From the NCBI GenBank assembly GCA_000182565.2, contig KQ257460.1: a stretch of DNA of 64,000 nucleotides, one strand, 5' to 3'. The DNA comes from Spizellomyces punctatus DAOM BR117 (lineage: Eukaryota). The notes below the pieces were generated by a model, which had not been told where the DNA came from, searched no databases, and saw nothing but the letters and a program-made list of their open reading frames with translations. Shown here piece by piece: positions 47,647 through 60,715 of this stretch (positions are counted from its first letter, which is position 1; each line of letters begins with the position of its first letter). Both the position numbers and the translations under genes were made by a program.

Positions 47647-50477
47647 TCAATGCTTCTTCTGTCCCCTCGCGGCTTGACCACTCTTCGGCTGCTGTTGTTG
47701 TGGAGCAAACCAATTCGCCAAACTCTGACTGACATCGGGCATTTGCATTGCAGGTGGCTGCTGCTGCCTCTCCTGCATTTGCTGATAACCAATTTGAGCA
47801 GCGTTAGACAGTGACCGCTAAGACAATGCATGTAGTGCAGTCATACCTGAACAGCTTCCTCGGGCATGTTGGACATCAGTTTCGGTAATGCAAAGAACAT
47901 CAATAACGAAAATCCTGACATGAGGATCATGGGATTCGATAGTAGTGACATGGGATTGAAGCCTTCGCGTGGCTAAAAGGAATTTGCAAAATGAGAACAG
48001 CTCAATCGGCACCAGATGGTATACAGCGCGACCCTCACCACAAAGAAATCGTACTTCCCACGGGGCGACAGTGCAAGTGGGGTCAACACGAGTGGGCCGA
48101 GTTTTGACCATCCCATTCCAGAATATGTTATTGAGGCCATGACAGCAGTCGGTGAAACGTCAAGTCGGATCTGTCAAACGAGGACACCAGTCAGCACGTT
48201 ATGATATCTAACCACATAAGAGCATTCAGCGAACTCTTATCAACCTTATCGAAATGGTAGAGATGGGAAGCGACCTCCAGCAAGTGTGTTCCCTCCGGAA
48301 CATCTGGGCTTTGAACCGACATGTCAAAAACAACTTTGTTGGTCTCACAATGACTCGGAGCAGAAGAGAGCACTCACAGTGTAAACGACCCATCCTCCTC
48401 CACATAGGCAACCAACTGACCTCCGTTAATCCATACTTTCACGTTCGGGCCTAGCAGATGGACATCTGTCGGCAAACAGTGGAACCAGGTGAGTGATCCG
48501 TTATAGTAGAGCTACTCCAATCCACCAGCCATGCTGCGGTCTATTCACAACAGCCCAAGTGAATATCGGAATACTATAGTTACCTGGCAGAACTGAGTTA
48601 GTCGTTATTTGCCCAGTCACCAATTGGCCTGCTAATGCCGAACTGGTGAAGAAGCTGGAACGTGTACAGGTTGCTTCCAGTTACTAATCACGAGACACCA
48701 AGTGGGCATGAAAAGCCATAACGTTGTACCTTAATAGCACGCAAGCGGCGATGGCCAGCGTTCGGAAGCTCATGACAATCTGGAGCAGGTCAATGCGAAT
48801 GCCCGCTTCGTCACAATAAACCAAGCTCTCCACTTGAGGCGTGTACAATAAAGCGCGGTTCGAATCTCAATGGCTATTAACCGATCCGCCTGCAAATCTA
48901 TCATAGACTAGTGTAGAGGATTATGAACAAATCCATCCCTTTCGGTAACTAATGATTCGAAAGTATATTATATCAAATCAATCCTTCGAGATCATTCCCC
49001 CTTCTGTGCCAACAGCGCTGCACTCCCAGCTAGAGCTTGCTTAACAGCGTAATCGATTGCCCTTGTTTCCTCGGAGATCAGTAAAGTCTGCAGCCGTTCA
49101 TTAAGTATACTCATTTCTCGACCATGGGACTCTTTGGCGTCCTTCAATTGCTGTTGTAGTGCATCGATCTGAGACTTTGCCTGTGCATTTTCCTGCAAAG
49201 CCGGCAACAGTTCACACTCAACCCTTTATGACAATAAAAAATGACCCTGGGACTTTACCGTTTGCAAAGAGACCACCCATACTTCCATTTCATCCATCCG
49301 CTTTTCCAGGGCATCATATTGATGATTCTGCACCTCGTGAGTTTTGGCTAACTGCGTATGTAGCAAGAGCTTTCACTTTTCTTGCAACACAATAAACCTT
49401 AAACAAGATCGCAATTTCGGCCCTGACTGGCTTACTTTGGACATTAGTTTGGTACTTCGGCTGCTTAGATCACGTATAAGTTTGAGACAAGTGCGAGTAC
49501 CCGCTTCTGCATCCTATGCATAACGTAGGTCAGGTGTCCCGGAGAAACTTGGATGATGCTGGCGTTCGACACGTACCTGGTTTTCCAGGTCGGCAAGTGT
49601 GTCCACCGAAATTGGAATTGTAGGTTCATCCAACTGAGAAGAAATGCTATTCGTCCAGTGTACGATGCCTTCCGCGGTCTCTCGCAATTCATCAACAGGA
49701 ATCGTAAAGGATGGTTGAGTTGCTCTTATTGACTTTCGAGAATGCGACCCTTTAGCCATATCCAAGTCAGGGCCTGGCATTGATCAAAACTGCTTTGAGC
49801 GGTATATGACTAAGGTCTTCCATAATAGGGCGTACTTTACCTCGGGGAACGCTTTCATTGACTTCGCGTAAGGGTGCTCGTATTTTTTCAGGTACATTAG
49901 CAGTGTCCTGGACATCTATCGTTCGATTCGGCTTTCTTAAAACTCGATTCGTTTTCTCCCACACCTTCAACTCTCCTTCAAAGTCGACCTCTCCATGGTG
50001 GCCCCACCCTCGGCGCCGTGTGGGTGATGGCGGCCGTATACTGGAGATGCTTATTGCAGGAGGAGCTGTAGATGGGAAGGGATATGGCTTATTTTCATTG
50101 TTCTGGAGAGTTGTGGTAATGGGATTTTCTGTTTCCTCCTCCGACTCGGTGGCTTCTGCAGATTTTGCTTGAGCTGCTTTGGCAAACGCCCGAAGCTCAT
50201 GAGTGTACCTCTCAGCATTTGCTTTCCGTAATCTCTAGAATCGAAATAGCATGAGAAGGTAGCAGAGTTCAGCAGCCTCCTTTGGTCTATTCATATTAAC
50301 CAGTTGCAGTGGTGACAGTTTCAACGCGGACAAGTCCTGTGTCGTCGAATCCCACTCTTTCTTCTGCGAACTTGTTCGAGGCTTTCGAGCTGCGAATTCT
50401 CCGCGAGGGGTGGTAGGAGCCGAACGGCCTCCGTTACGTTTTGTGGGGCGTCTGACCCCAGGAGCGTGAGTACTCAT
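47647..50477 (-). CDS. SPICE1-like spindle/centriole-associated coiled-coil protein
   Basis: N-terminal KKEWDSTTQDLSALKLSPLQL resembles the SPICE1 N-terminal motif (EWDxTxxDL); central coiled coil. The 3' exons and stop are inferred. Confidence 0.55.
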
Positions 50478-50615
50478 TGGACTGGTTACGTGGACGGCGA
50501 TTCGCCCACATGGATCTGGACGTCAGGGTTGGTCCGGACCAGTCGGACAATACCTAGCGTGTTTTGTGTAAATATCACCTTGACTTGTCTTATTTCCATT
50601 AGTCATATCTAAATA

Positions 50616-53375
50616 CTAACATGCTACTGAGTCATCATCCAAACAGCTTGCATTTATGAGATCCTGTGCTTCGGATCGCAAATTAGCTAATTCCTCAAAC
50701 AGAGATGATGCATCATCGACTGCCAAGTCACTGAGATGTAGCTGATTTCCAATCTCCATCGCTTTCCTTTCATGTTTATCACCACTATCTGTCGGCAACA
50801 TTGATATGGACAGATGTTCGCTTTCTTTTCCAGGCTCAGGTGGCTCCATTGTGTCTTTTGATCGGTGTGTATTGCGCTCTTTGGCGCGTCTTCGTCTACG
50901 TTTTCGCCGCACGCGCTCATCAGCTTCCATACGATCCAGAAGCGCGTGAAATCCTTTCAACGAGGCTTCCATCAATTGTATTAATGAATCGAGTTGTGGG
51001 TTAGGTAGCATTTCCTCACATGGGTCCTCCGTCTCTACAAAACATAGTAAGTTAGACGTTGCCTTGACTTTCCAGATTATCCAAATCCTATGTACCTGCT
51101 TCCGTTGGTTGGAAGCTAGCGCGTGAGATCCTTTCATCTGTCCGATCAGCTGATAGTTGCAAAGCTTCATGTCCGTTGACAAGGTCAGGTCGCTTGATTG
51201 GGAAAGACGTGTCCCCATCCAAATCTAGTCTCACATCCGGCGTCGACAAAGTCCTCCCAGGGGTTTTCTTCTGCCTCAATAATGTCTCCTCCATTTCTCT
51301 TAAGCGCCGCCTCAAGAGGGCGTTCTCTAGTAGGACGTTCATCTCGTTTATATCTCCCGATGGGGATTGTCCGTTTGATGTTCCATTGACCCATGACCTA
51401 ACGTTGACAGAGTTGAATAAATGTTGTTGCGGTGAAGGTGTTTGATTCGCTCGTTGATTTCCCTTTGAGGCCTGAGGAACCACGACAACACTTCGATGTG
51501 GGGGAGATGATACATTACAACCGGAGAAGCTTTTCGTGGACGTAGATTCCTGTAGGAAAGATTACTGAGCATTGAGTATCATAGGGGCGAGGCCGCAGAT
51601 AATAGTGGTATATACCTTGCCCAATACTTTCTTGGTAGGTGTATGGGCAGCATGGCGTACCGTCAGTATGTCCTTTCCTGGTTTTTTCGTGGGAGCAATA
51701 CCAACTTTGAAGGGAGGTCGCGGTGCCAGCGGCTGCGAAGAGGTCACTTTGTGCAGTTTCGTAGCGCTCACACTTTGTTGCTTGTATCGTGACACACCTC
51801 GAAACTTGAACCTTGGCGGAGGATGGTAGTACGTGTTTTTGAGTGGATCCAAGCCATTCAGCCATCGCAAATCAGGATCATCAGACTGCAATCGCGAAAA
51901 CGTTAGTTAGTGTGGCAGAAATCAGATGAATCAAAGATGCGAGTCAAACCTTTGTTTGCACTATTTCCCGGTAGCCACCTCCTTCTACTCCCGTTGGAGG
52001 ATCTTTGTTCGTATTTTCGCTAAGCATTCGGCATACAGCATCCCATAATGTTTCATCTACCAAGCGAAACTTCAGTCACATTGGCTAAGAAGCCACGGCA
52101 TGCGACACGTTATACCTAACGAATTGCTGCGTAAGTCCACAAGTACTAGCTCTTTATTGAGATGGAGAACTTGCTCCACTACTCTCGCCCCAACATCAGT
52201 TATCGCATTAAACTGCAAATCTAATGCTACAGAATGAATCATACATCAGCCTCTACAGTCAAGATCGATGGGAAAATCTCTCACCAACCGAGAAGTCCTA
52301 TCTCCTCTACCAGCGACTCCATTAGGTAATGCACGCCCGTGTCACCCAAATCGTTATGTGACAATATCAATCGCTTGATGGCTGCGGGTACCCCTTGGAC
52401 AGATGCTTGAGACGAGTTGGACGTGCTAGATGTTTGAAATGCGGATCGAGTGCCAAAATGTGTCGATCGAAGCGTGCGTTCCCATATAGCGGCCTGCCGC
52501 TTGATCGCGCGCCCCTTATAAAGCGAACTTCGTGAATCAATGAGCGTTTCAGAAAGCACGAGGATCAGGATTTCATTCGTACATTGAGGAGGTCCGCCAA
52601 AATAGCTCCACCTTTGGCTGTCAGATTACATGCTCCAAAGTTCAAAATTGACAGCGATCGCAGAGTTTTCAAGGAAGGCGAGATCACTTTGATATTGCAG
52701 GTTAACTCCCGTCTATCGATGCGTTTCTTGTCATTAGCTACCTTACCATATAGACCTTCGTCACCAATGTGACTACGAGCTAACGAAAATCGTTTCAAAC
52801 ACCTTGCATGCGACAAGCCCTATTCATGGCGTTATCCTCTGCCGGCAGCATGTATGGCAGAACAAAGCACCATACCTTGGAAAGTGTCAGCAGAAACTCC
52901 GGCTGCAAAGGGATTCCAGCCAACTCCAGCTCTGTAAGCGTGGAACTAGTTACTAGACAAGCCTTTATGGAGCTAAACAGGCTCAGTCTCAGATATCGTG
53001 CAAAAAGAAGGCTCCGATAGTTTGGAAACGCTGAACGGCACATACCTAATTAGATGTTGAACGAGACGCGGTGTGCATAACAGCACAGGGAGTTTTCGGG
53101 ACGGGTGCCGTTTGGGCTTCCTCCCATTGATATCGGCGCTGCTGCATTTATCTTTTTGTACATAAGAGGCCATATCAGTCTTTGTATTCATGTGAGCACA
53201 CCACCTCAGAACTCTCACCTGCCGTTCCGTTGGAAAGAATGCGCAACGACTGGGAGTCAGAGTTTCTAAACCCCTGCACTATCTTTTCCCAATCTTCTGG
53301 CCGCCGTATGTGGTCAGCGTCTATCGCCGAGGGTAAACGGTGGGCAGGCCCTAAGCTCTTCTCTGTAATGGCCAT
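50616..53375 (-). CDS. CEP78: CEP78-like LRR centrosomal protein
   Basis: DADHIRRPEDW, LTELELAGIPL, LARSHIGDEG, LNFGACNLTAKGG, KRQAAIWERTLR, KRLILSHNDLGDTG..LVEEIGLL|ALDLQFNAITDVGA, LVLVDLRSN, then DLRWL and a C-terminal coiled coil. Order matches CEP78. Confidence 0.75.
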
Positions 53376-53605
53376 TATCTGCCAACCAATGGGCAACCGT
53401 GTGTTGGTCGAAGACGCGTGCGATCAACGTAATGCGCCACATCGGTAAGCGGTTACGCCACAAGTTCATCAGCAAAAGCCTGGGTAATTCACAGGAACTG
53501 TTCACGATATCCAAAACGATCACAGAATTAATCAATTTAGATTCCACCCAGATATATTATCTAAATCACAGTCCCCAAAATATATTATCTCGACCGATCG
53601 TCACG

Positions 53606-56600
53606 TCAATCATGTAAGTTCCAACTGCTAACCCATTTCCGATTTCTATACTCATGTGCTGGTCCTGTAAACCCATATGCAAAATCCTGGAAATACACGA
53701 AATTGGATACTACAAGCAGCCCAAGCAACGAAATCGCGGTAAAATGAAGAGGTCCCGGAAGCTTAGATGCAAGGTGATCTGCAAGAAATGTGAAGGTGAT
53801 GATGGCAAAGTAGAGAGCCGGGAAATAGTGGTGAAGACTGTAAAATATTGATGTGTTACTGTTTTGAGCATTCGACTTCGCAGAAACAACACAAGTAACT
53901 TACTATGTCACACGGCCCATAATCCAAAAAGGGGCATAGTGCAGGACCCATCCAACGAAGCCAATTTTGCCAGCAAAGTAGAAATTATCCCAAGTTCCTG
54001 AAGACCACAACCACCTCCATTATTACTTTAGCCACCTTCAAAGAAATGCTGCAACATACCAGGACGTTCCCAATCACTGTATCTCCTCTTCCATCTGATA
54101 CCGTAAATCCCGAGCACTAGCAAAAATGTGACCAAACTCGCTGTGCTTCCCCACCAGACCACGGGATTTCCTATCAACCAGAATTTCCTCGCATCGTCTG
54201 CCCAGCTGCACATTCGCAATCCCACAAGCATAAGCGGCCATTGATAAGGCTTTGATGTGAGAGCATCAGGTTCTTTATCTGGGTCAGGCGTCAGCGCATT
54301 GTTCGAGGTCCACATGGCGACGTTGAGATCGATAAAATCTTTTAGAAACTTTGAACGATATGCTCCTTTGCCCCCTGGTGGGACTTTTGTTATGCAGTAC
54401 AAGTCATTAAGCTGATTTACCCTTGTTGGTGAAATGATGCAAATGTGAACTCACGGTCATCATTCCAGTGCTGTTCGATGTTCCACATATGATTTCGATT
54501 GTTCGGGTCGCCGTTTTTCTGACAGACAACTTCAGCCTGCTTGAACCCCCATTGGGGAAGCGACACCGCATGTGATCGAAGTAGACATCCTTGAAGGTTA
54601 TGACGCAATCTGAAGCGAGTGGTAAGCGATCGAATTCGAGGCGACTGCCTATCGACCATGTCCTAATGCAGGGTGATGTGCGATGTAGGTAAAGTAATGA
54701 TGCGGAACAGAAGCTATCCACACGTACATCCACTTTCTCGACTTTCCACAAGTCATTCGCATCTCCCAACGTTGAATTTCCGTAACAACTAACTTCATTT
54801 TGCGACGTTGTAACGGGCGCCTTAACAGAATGACTGTGGAGGTTTCGCCCAGTTTGCGCATGAACTGTGGTCGAAACGCCGTGTCAGTTCCATTCAACTT
54901 GCATTTCCCATTGCGCATGGTAGTTACCAAGCCGAATAAGATCTCCATCCTTTACAAACTCAATTTCATCTCCGAATCCCGACTGCTTTTCTTCTCCCCA
55001 CGGTTTGGTAATGATCCAATCATTGTTGCTGTCTTTGTGATGATAGCATGTCACTTGTTGTTGTTCAGACCCGGTGGGGTAGCGTTGTACATGAGAATGT
55101 AGTAGACCGCCGCCATGTCCGTTGTTCTTCAAGGTAACCTTCGATCCGTACGCCAATTCTAAGAAAAACGCCAGCATTAACGAAAGAGTGTAGCTTGAAC
55201 GGTAAAACTCTACGTACCTAGCGGATTCTGATCGAAATCGTTTCCAAGCAAATGAGCTTGGAAGAGGGAACTCATCTGTGCATCTCCTGGTCCGCTCCGA
55301 TTTAAAATCGCAAAGTGAATCACAAAGGAGAATAAGTAAATAGCTATTGGAGTAAGAATGAGGCCAGCTATACGGGCCATCCAGTGCCTGGCATAATGTG
55401 ACTGCCCGGGGAACACTTCGGATCAGTTTTTTTAAGCCATGTAGCGATCAATTAACCATAAGTACCGGAGGCATTTTGAGATCTCCAAGCATTTCCCAAA
55501 GGTCCTCTATGGTATGCTTCAGCATTGCAAATGAATAAGTCATAGATTTCATACGGGGAGATTTGAGCCACTATGGTACTCACCAATCCCACCAGAGCTA
55601 CCGCAAACAGACCCACCCACTTCACACTATCCAGATAATTGCGCGTCAGCTTGAATACAATACGACGATAGCCGAAGCTATTACCGACCTCGCGACAGCG
55701 CCAATCGATACCCCGGTAGCAAAGAGCCATGTCCACCATTCCTTAGAAAACGGCCTACGATGTTCAAATTTCAGTCAGCATCAGGGTGCAGCAGCTATGC
55801 GCGGTCGTGCATTCTTACGCGGTACGTTGAAGGTTCCGAAATACGGTGAGACAAAACACGCTCAAAGTCGTAAAGAACAGCAGCATCGAGTCCAATAGGA
55901 TGAAACGACTAATAGTCATCAATGCGATATCGCATAACACCATGATCGCCATCAGGAAGGATGCAGGCTTTGAAAAGTGTAGTTGTATCGCCGTGAAATA
56001 CGCCAGGGGAATCATGGCGGCCCCAAATAAAGCATTCACGATCCGCATGACGGTATAGTTCAGTTCCTGGGGGTACTGGTGACCTGACTCGAACTCAAAT
56101 GTCCCGTTGAAGCCGGCAATGAAGCCCGCAAGTCCGTTGATCATCTTTCCGAGAGGTGGGTGCACATCAAAATAGAACCTTCGTTTGATATAATGCCCAG
56201 CAAATTTCCTGCACTCTCCGGTGTTAGATACACCCGGTTCGAAGTATCTCCTCAGTGATCTCATTTTCTTACCCAAAGTGAGCTTCATCCCTGCAAATTT
56301 AGATTATTAGACGTATATTTGGCTACGGACTCGCAAGCATGTCACCAACCAAACAACGAAGTCCGCACTGCCAATTTTATACAATCGCGTAAATAGTGCG
56401 GCTACGGAGAGAAGGGCGGGAATAATCCATTGCTGGGTTGTTGTTGGCCAAATGGGGACCTTAGAATGGATTTTTCAGATGCTTGACATAGTTCTTCGAC
56501 TTCACGCAGTTGATGCACCGAAAACTAACCATCTGCGGTCGTCTTTGCGGTTTAAAAGTCTTGTCATCTTCTCTGTCCTGTGGGTCCTCGTCTACGGGAG

Positions 56601-56676
56601 CATAAGCGGCCCCTGTATTGGCTACCCCAATAGGTGCCCGCTTTCGCAAACCATCGTTGGGATACCAGTCTGTCAT
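53606..56676 (-). CDS. PMT2: Dolichyl-phosphate-mannose:protein O-mannosyltransferase, PMT2 subfamily
   Basis: [51 protein letters not shown] domains ([24 protein letters not shown]), SKPYQWP, GNPVVWW, HHYFP. Many introns. Confidence 0.93.
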
Positions 56677-56811
56677 TTTGCGCAGATGGTAGATCTGTCA
56701 AGGAACGGTCGCGTGGCGTCCCGCAAACTGAACGCGTCCTGTGGAGGATATCCAACCAGCGCGCACTCCAACCTGCTGTCTGGATGGATATTACACATAA
56801 TATTTGTTATC

Positions 56812-57035
56812 TGGTGCCGAGGACCTCGCCCTCCCGACAATATTGACAATAAACAAGTAGCACCTTGCAAAACACTGCTACTACTATGCTGCTATAATCG
56901 CAGGTATGCATTGTCTTTGGATTTCCTAAGCTTATTCCTCAGTCTAATTATTCTGATTTTACATGTATCTGAACATCCTCCGACCAAAAACGTCAAAGGC
57001 TTTATGTATTACATGTGTGATTGAGCCTAGTCGTA
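56812..57035 (+). mobile_element. Internal fragment D of the same MITE family (closest to copy C), no TIRs
   Basis: tggtgccgaggacctcgccctcccgacaat...acactgctactactatgctgc...agtctaattattctgatttta...tatctgaacatcctccgac aligns with the reverse complement of 23200-23360. Confidence 0.75.
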
Positions 57036-57619
57036 GTTTATCACTTGTAAGGACTGGGCTGGTTGTCCAGTGGTTCAATCCACACTGGTGCATTCTGTTG
57101 TTATTGCCAAATACACTAGCGGAAAATTTAAGAAAAATTTCGTCTGGATCCGGGATCGAACCTTCCCAAGGGTACCGTTCTGCGGTTCCTCTCAGGTTTG
57201 AAACGCGGACTGGCATCATCCTTTCCCTTGGCTTGAGAAGCTGGAAGGTTTCACTGTCAAAAGCGAATTTAATTAGGGCCAATGAATCAATCTCACCTGA
57301 ATCTGAGTCGGTAATCGCAAGGTCTTTGTACGGCATATTTGTATACGTCCGGAGTACGGGCCACAGGTCAACCTCAACGACTTTAAGCGTTTGAGCGCTC
57401 TGTATTTGGGAACCTGCCACCTGGCAAAAAATCGGCCTTTTACCTACGTCGTTTGGAACGCTTCAACGACAAGGTGATCACCAGTGTTGCTCAGACTCTT
57501 CCTTTTTCCATTTGACCCGATTAGGGGGAGGACCGCCACCGGTTTGGAATGTAAGTAGCTGTAGTCGCACTCCTATGGCTCCCCGTCTCACATGTCTGCT
57601 TTTCAGTAGCCCTCGGTCA

Positions 57620-60524
57620 ATGGCGACCGAAGCCATGGACCCTGCCGATCCTAATTCAGGCGTCTCACGTTCGTTAACCATAACCGGCCAAAAGAGCGAC
57701 GGAATGGTGGAAAAATTGAAAGCGAAAGCCTCGATGCCGCTATTGACTCGAAGTCAGAGTGAACTCGGTGATGTTCGCCATCGAGAGGGCTCAGAGAGTA
57801 ATGGGCTTTACTTGGAAGCTTCTTCTTTGGAAAGACGCTTTTCCGGCAAGGTGTTGGATTTTTTATTCAAGAAGAACGCAAAGGCAAAAACAATCGATGC
57901 TGGGTATGGCCGTAGGGTGGACGTGACTGTTGGAGACGCTGATGTTACCAAAAACAGAGGACCTAGTGCTGATGATGAAGATCGGCAGAGTTTACGAAGT
58001 GTCAAAAGTAACAGCAGTCTAAAAAGCTTGGCTGAAGGGAAGAAAGGCTTGTTCAACTTTCGAACCAAGAAGAGCAAACAAAAGAAGAGCTTGGATATCA
58101 CACCTTCCATCTCTGCTATCTCTTTAGTGACCCCTTCCGATGGCGAAAAAGAAGCATGGCTTCCATCTCCTCCAGTTGTATGTGACACTTTGTTACTGTG
58201 CCCACAAGTGCTCTCAATCTCATATCCCTGTTTCCCAGGCATCTACTACATCGAACCCATCACAATCATTGATTCCAGAATCGGAACCATCCATTTCAAC
58301 CGAACGTTCTCAACCAGTTACAATATCGAGTCCTTCATCTTCTCTTCACCTGCCTACCATATCTCCTGTTTCAGGTTCTTGGTCCTGGGTATCAGCGGAA
58401 AGCCAAACCCACCCTGGGCAGACCGATATCAGGGAGCTTCGCATTAGTCCGAGAGCCTCCAGTCTGAAGTTATTAGAGAAGCTTGCCAGTACGTCAATAC
58501 CTCATCCTGAAAAGCAGGAAACAAGCGCCGTACTTCCAAATGGATGGTCAGCAGCAAAGAAAGGTGACGAAAGTGGCAAAGACATTAGTCCAGTTGACGG
58601 CCCGAGTTTGCGAGATGGGCAGGAACAAGGCAAAGAAGAAAAGCCAGAACCAGCTGACCGTGCCGACGACGATGAACTTAAACGGAAATCTACAGCTCGC
58701 AGCAATAGGTCAACGCTTTCAGACGGCACTCCGGTGGTTCCTGATGTCCTCTCCCCGCCAAAGAAGCCCGTCGTAAGCCGAGCTGGTGCGACAATTGAAA
58801 CCGACGATCCATCTCATCTCTTCTGGGTTCCTGCCCATCTACATCCGGAGCTCCACCCGAACGATTTCAAAAAATGGCTGAACAATGCTGATGCAGGGCC
58901 TACCGACTCCACAGTCTTTCAGATCGGTAAAAAGCCCCTGAGACGATCGAAATCCTTTGTTGAACGACATGTGGTTATTACCCCTGATAACGTAGAGGAA
59001 TTTGTGGAAAAAGATAATATCGTGCGGAGTCGGACGGTGTCAGGAGCGCAGTATCAGCGCGGCGGTAAGGGTCTACCACCATTGAGACGAAGTCGAAATA
59101 TCCGGCCGAAACGTCCCACTATGCGTAGTATGCAAGAAAGCGCAAACAGTACCGCAGACTCAGACTCTGGGCCTGACTATGCAGACGGAACCTCAAAGGA
59201 ATCTGGACCGGTTAGAAGACGGTCAAGAAGAAAAGCAGATCGAAGTTCGTCATCTGTTAGAAAAAAGAAGGCAGGAAATCGGAGGTCCAAGACTATCATT
59301 ATGGGACCAGTTGAAGAACGCTCTCTCACTGCACCCAGTGAAATCCCCATGGACCCTTCGGTATCTGCTTTGGAGAAGCAGGATACTGACAAGGTTTCCA
59401 CGTCCCACACATTTTCAACCCCAACTCCAGTTGAGTTACCCAAGCCACCCTTGGAGCTCAAAGTGGACGCCATTTTGGCTGGTGACGCTTATACTCACCC
59501 TGCATCCCCTGAGCCCAGCTTTCATTCGCCATCAGAGAGCATGACTCCCGACGACTTGGAGATTCTGGATGTTCCACAGGATGAGATGGCTTCTACAACC
59601 GAAGATACCGCCATTGGTGAAAAGCAAAAATCCAAGAAGAAGAAAGAGGGCAAAAGCTGGAATTGGTTGTCAGGCTTCCTTGGTAAAAAGAGCCCGGGTT
59701 CCACTAAGCACAAACGAGCAGCGTCACTGGAATCCAACGGAAGCAGTGCCGCCGAAGATGATACTTGGAACGCATATCCTAATGATCGTTTCAGCGATGC
59801 GGATGGAGCTCCGCGATTTTCGCCTGAAGTAGAGAAGCAAATCTACCGAATGTCGCACATCAAGTTGGCCCAACACCGCCGGCCATTGTCTCAACAAGTT
59901 CTCATCAGTAACCTCATGCTGTACATTCTATCTGTTCACGCCGATGTCACATTGAATCGACAAGGCCCGCGAAAGAGGGGACGGAAGGGAAGGAGGCGTG
60001 GTAAATCGCCCGGTGCCAGCAGCGATCGAAGCAGAAGTCCAGGGCGTGCCCTTCCCATACCACACCCCGCTACGGGACCTGTCGTCCAGCCGAATTCCAT
60101 CTTGGAAGCTCCAACGATGCCTCGCAGCGGACAGTACTTTCCTGGGGCTCCTGGTATTTCTAGTCTAACCGGTATACCGGGAGCAGCCAGCGGGGATTAC
60201 GTTACGGACGGAAGCCCAGCGCAAGGCTACTTTGGAAACGGAGGAGACTCGCACGGTAGCGAACGGCGACAGCGCAATCTAGCACATTTAGCAGTCATAA
60301 AAGCTGGGGGAATTGACAGCGGATCGGCAAGTTCTCTTGAACCTGCATGGGTAGATTCTGAGTATCTCAGTAGCGATCATGAAGGTGATCCCTCTCCAAG
60401 GTCGCGATCTTATTCCCCGGACCGAGCAACGGACTCTGAGGAAGAAGAGGACGAGGACGATGTACCGTTAGGAATGTTGCAGCAACATAGACGAGGCAGT
60501 ATCAGTAGTGTTTCTAGTCACTGA
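57620..60524 (+). CDS. ZDS1: Zds1-like protein (PP2A-Cdc55 regulator, Zds_C domain)
   Basis: DPSHLFWVPAHLHPELHPNDFKKWL and Zds_C motif EKQIYRMSHIKLAQHRRPLSQQVLISNLMLYIL; intron 58178..58238 joins the two long ORFs in frame. Confidence 0.85.
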
Positions 60525-60715
60525 GTATTGTAGATTAAGGGTTTTTTTTCGTATTTAGAGAGGGATGTAGTGCTGGATTTATACATAATTTTTGTTTTTC
60601 ATCAGGTTGAAGGATGAGTGAAAAAAGGAGAACATTCACTTGAATCATATCACAATTCATTACACTTCAATGAAACATGGTATAATTATACTTTTGCAAG
60701 GCGGTCTTGAACAGT

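Noticed and set aside
50478-53450. RFX X-box motifs upstream of the ciliary genes
   Set aside because: Only half-sites such as GGCAAC were found; no convincing palindromic X-box.
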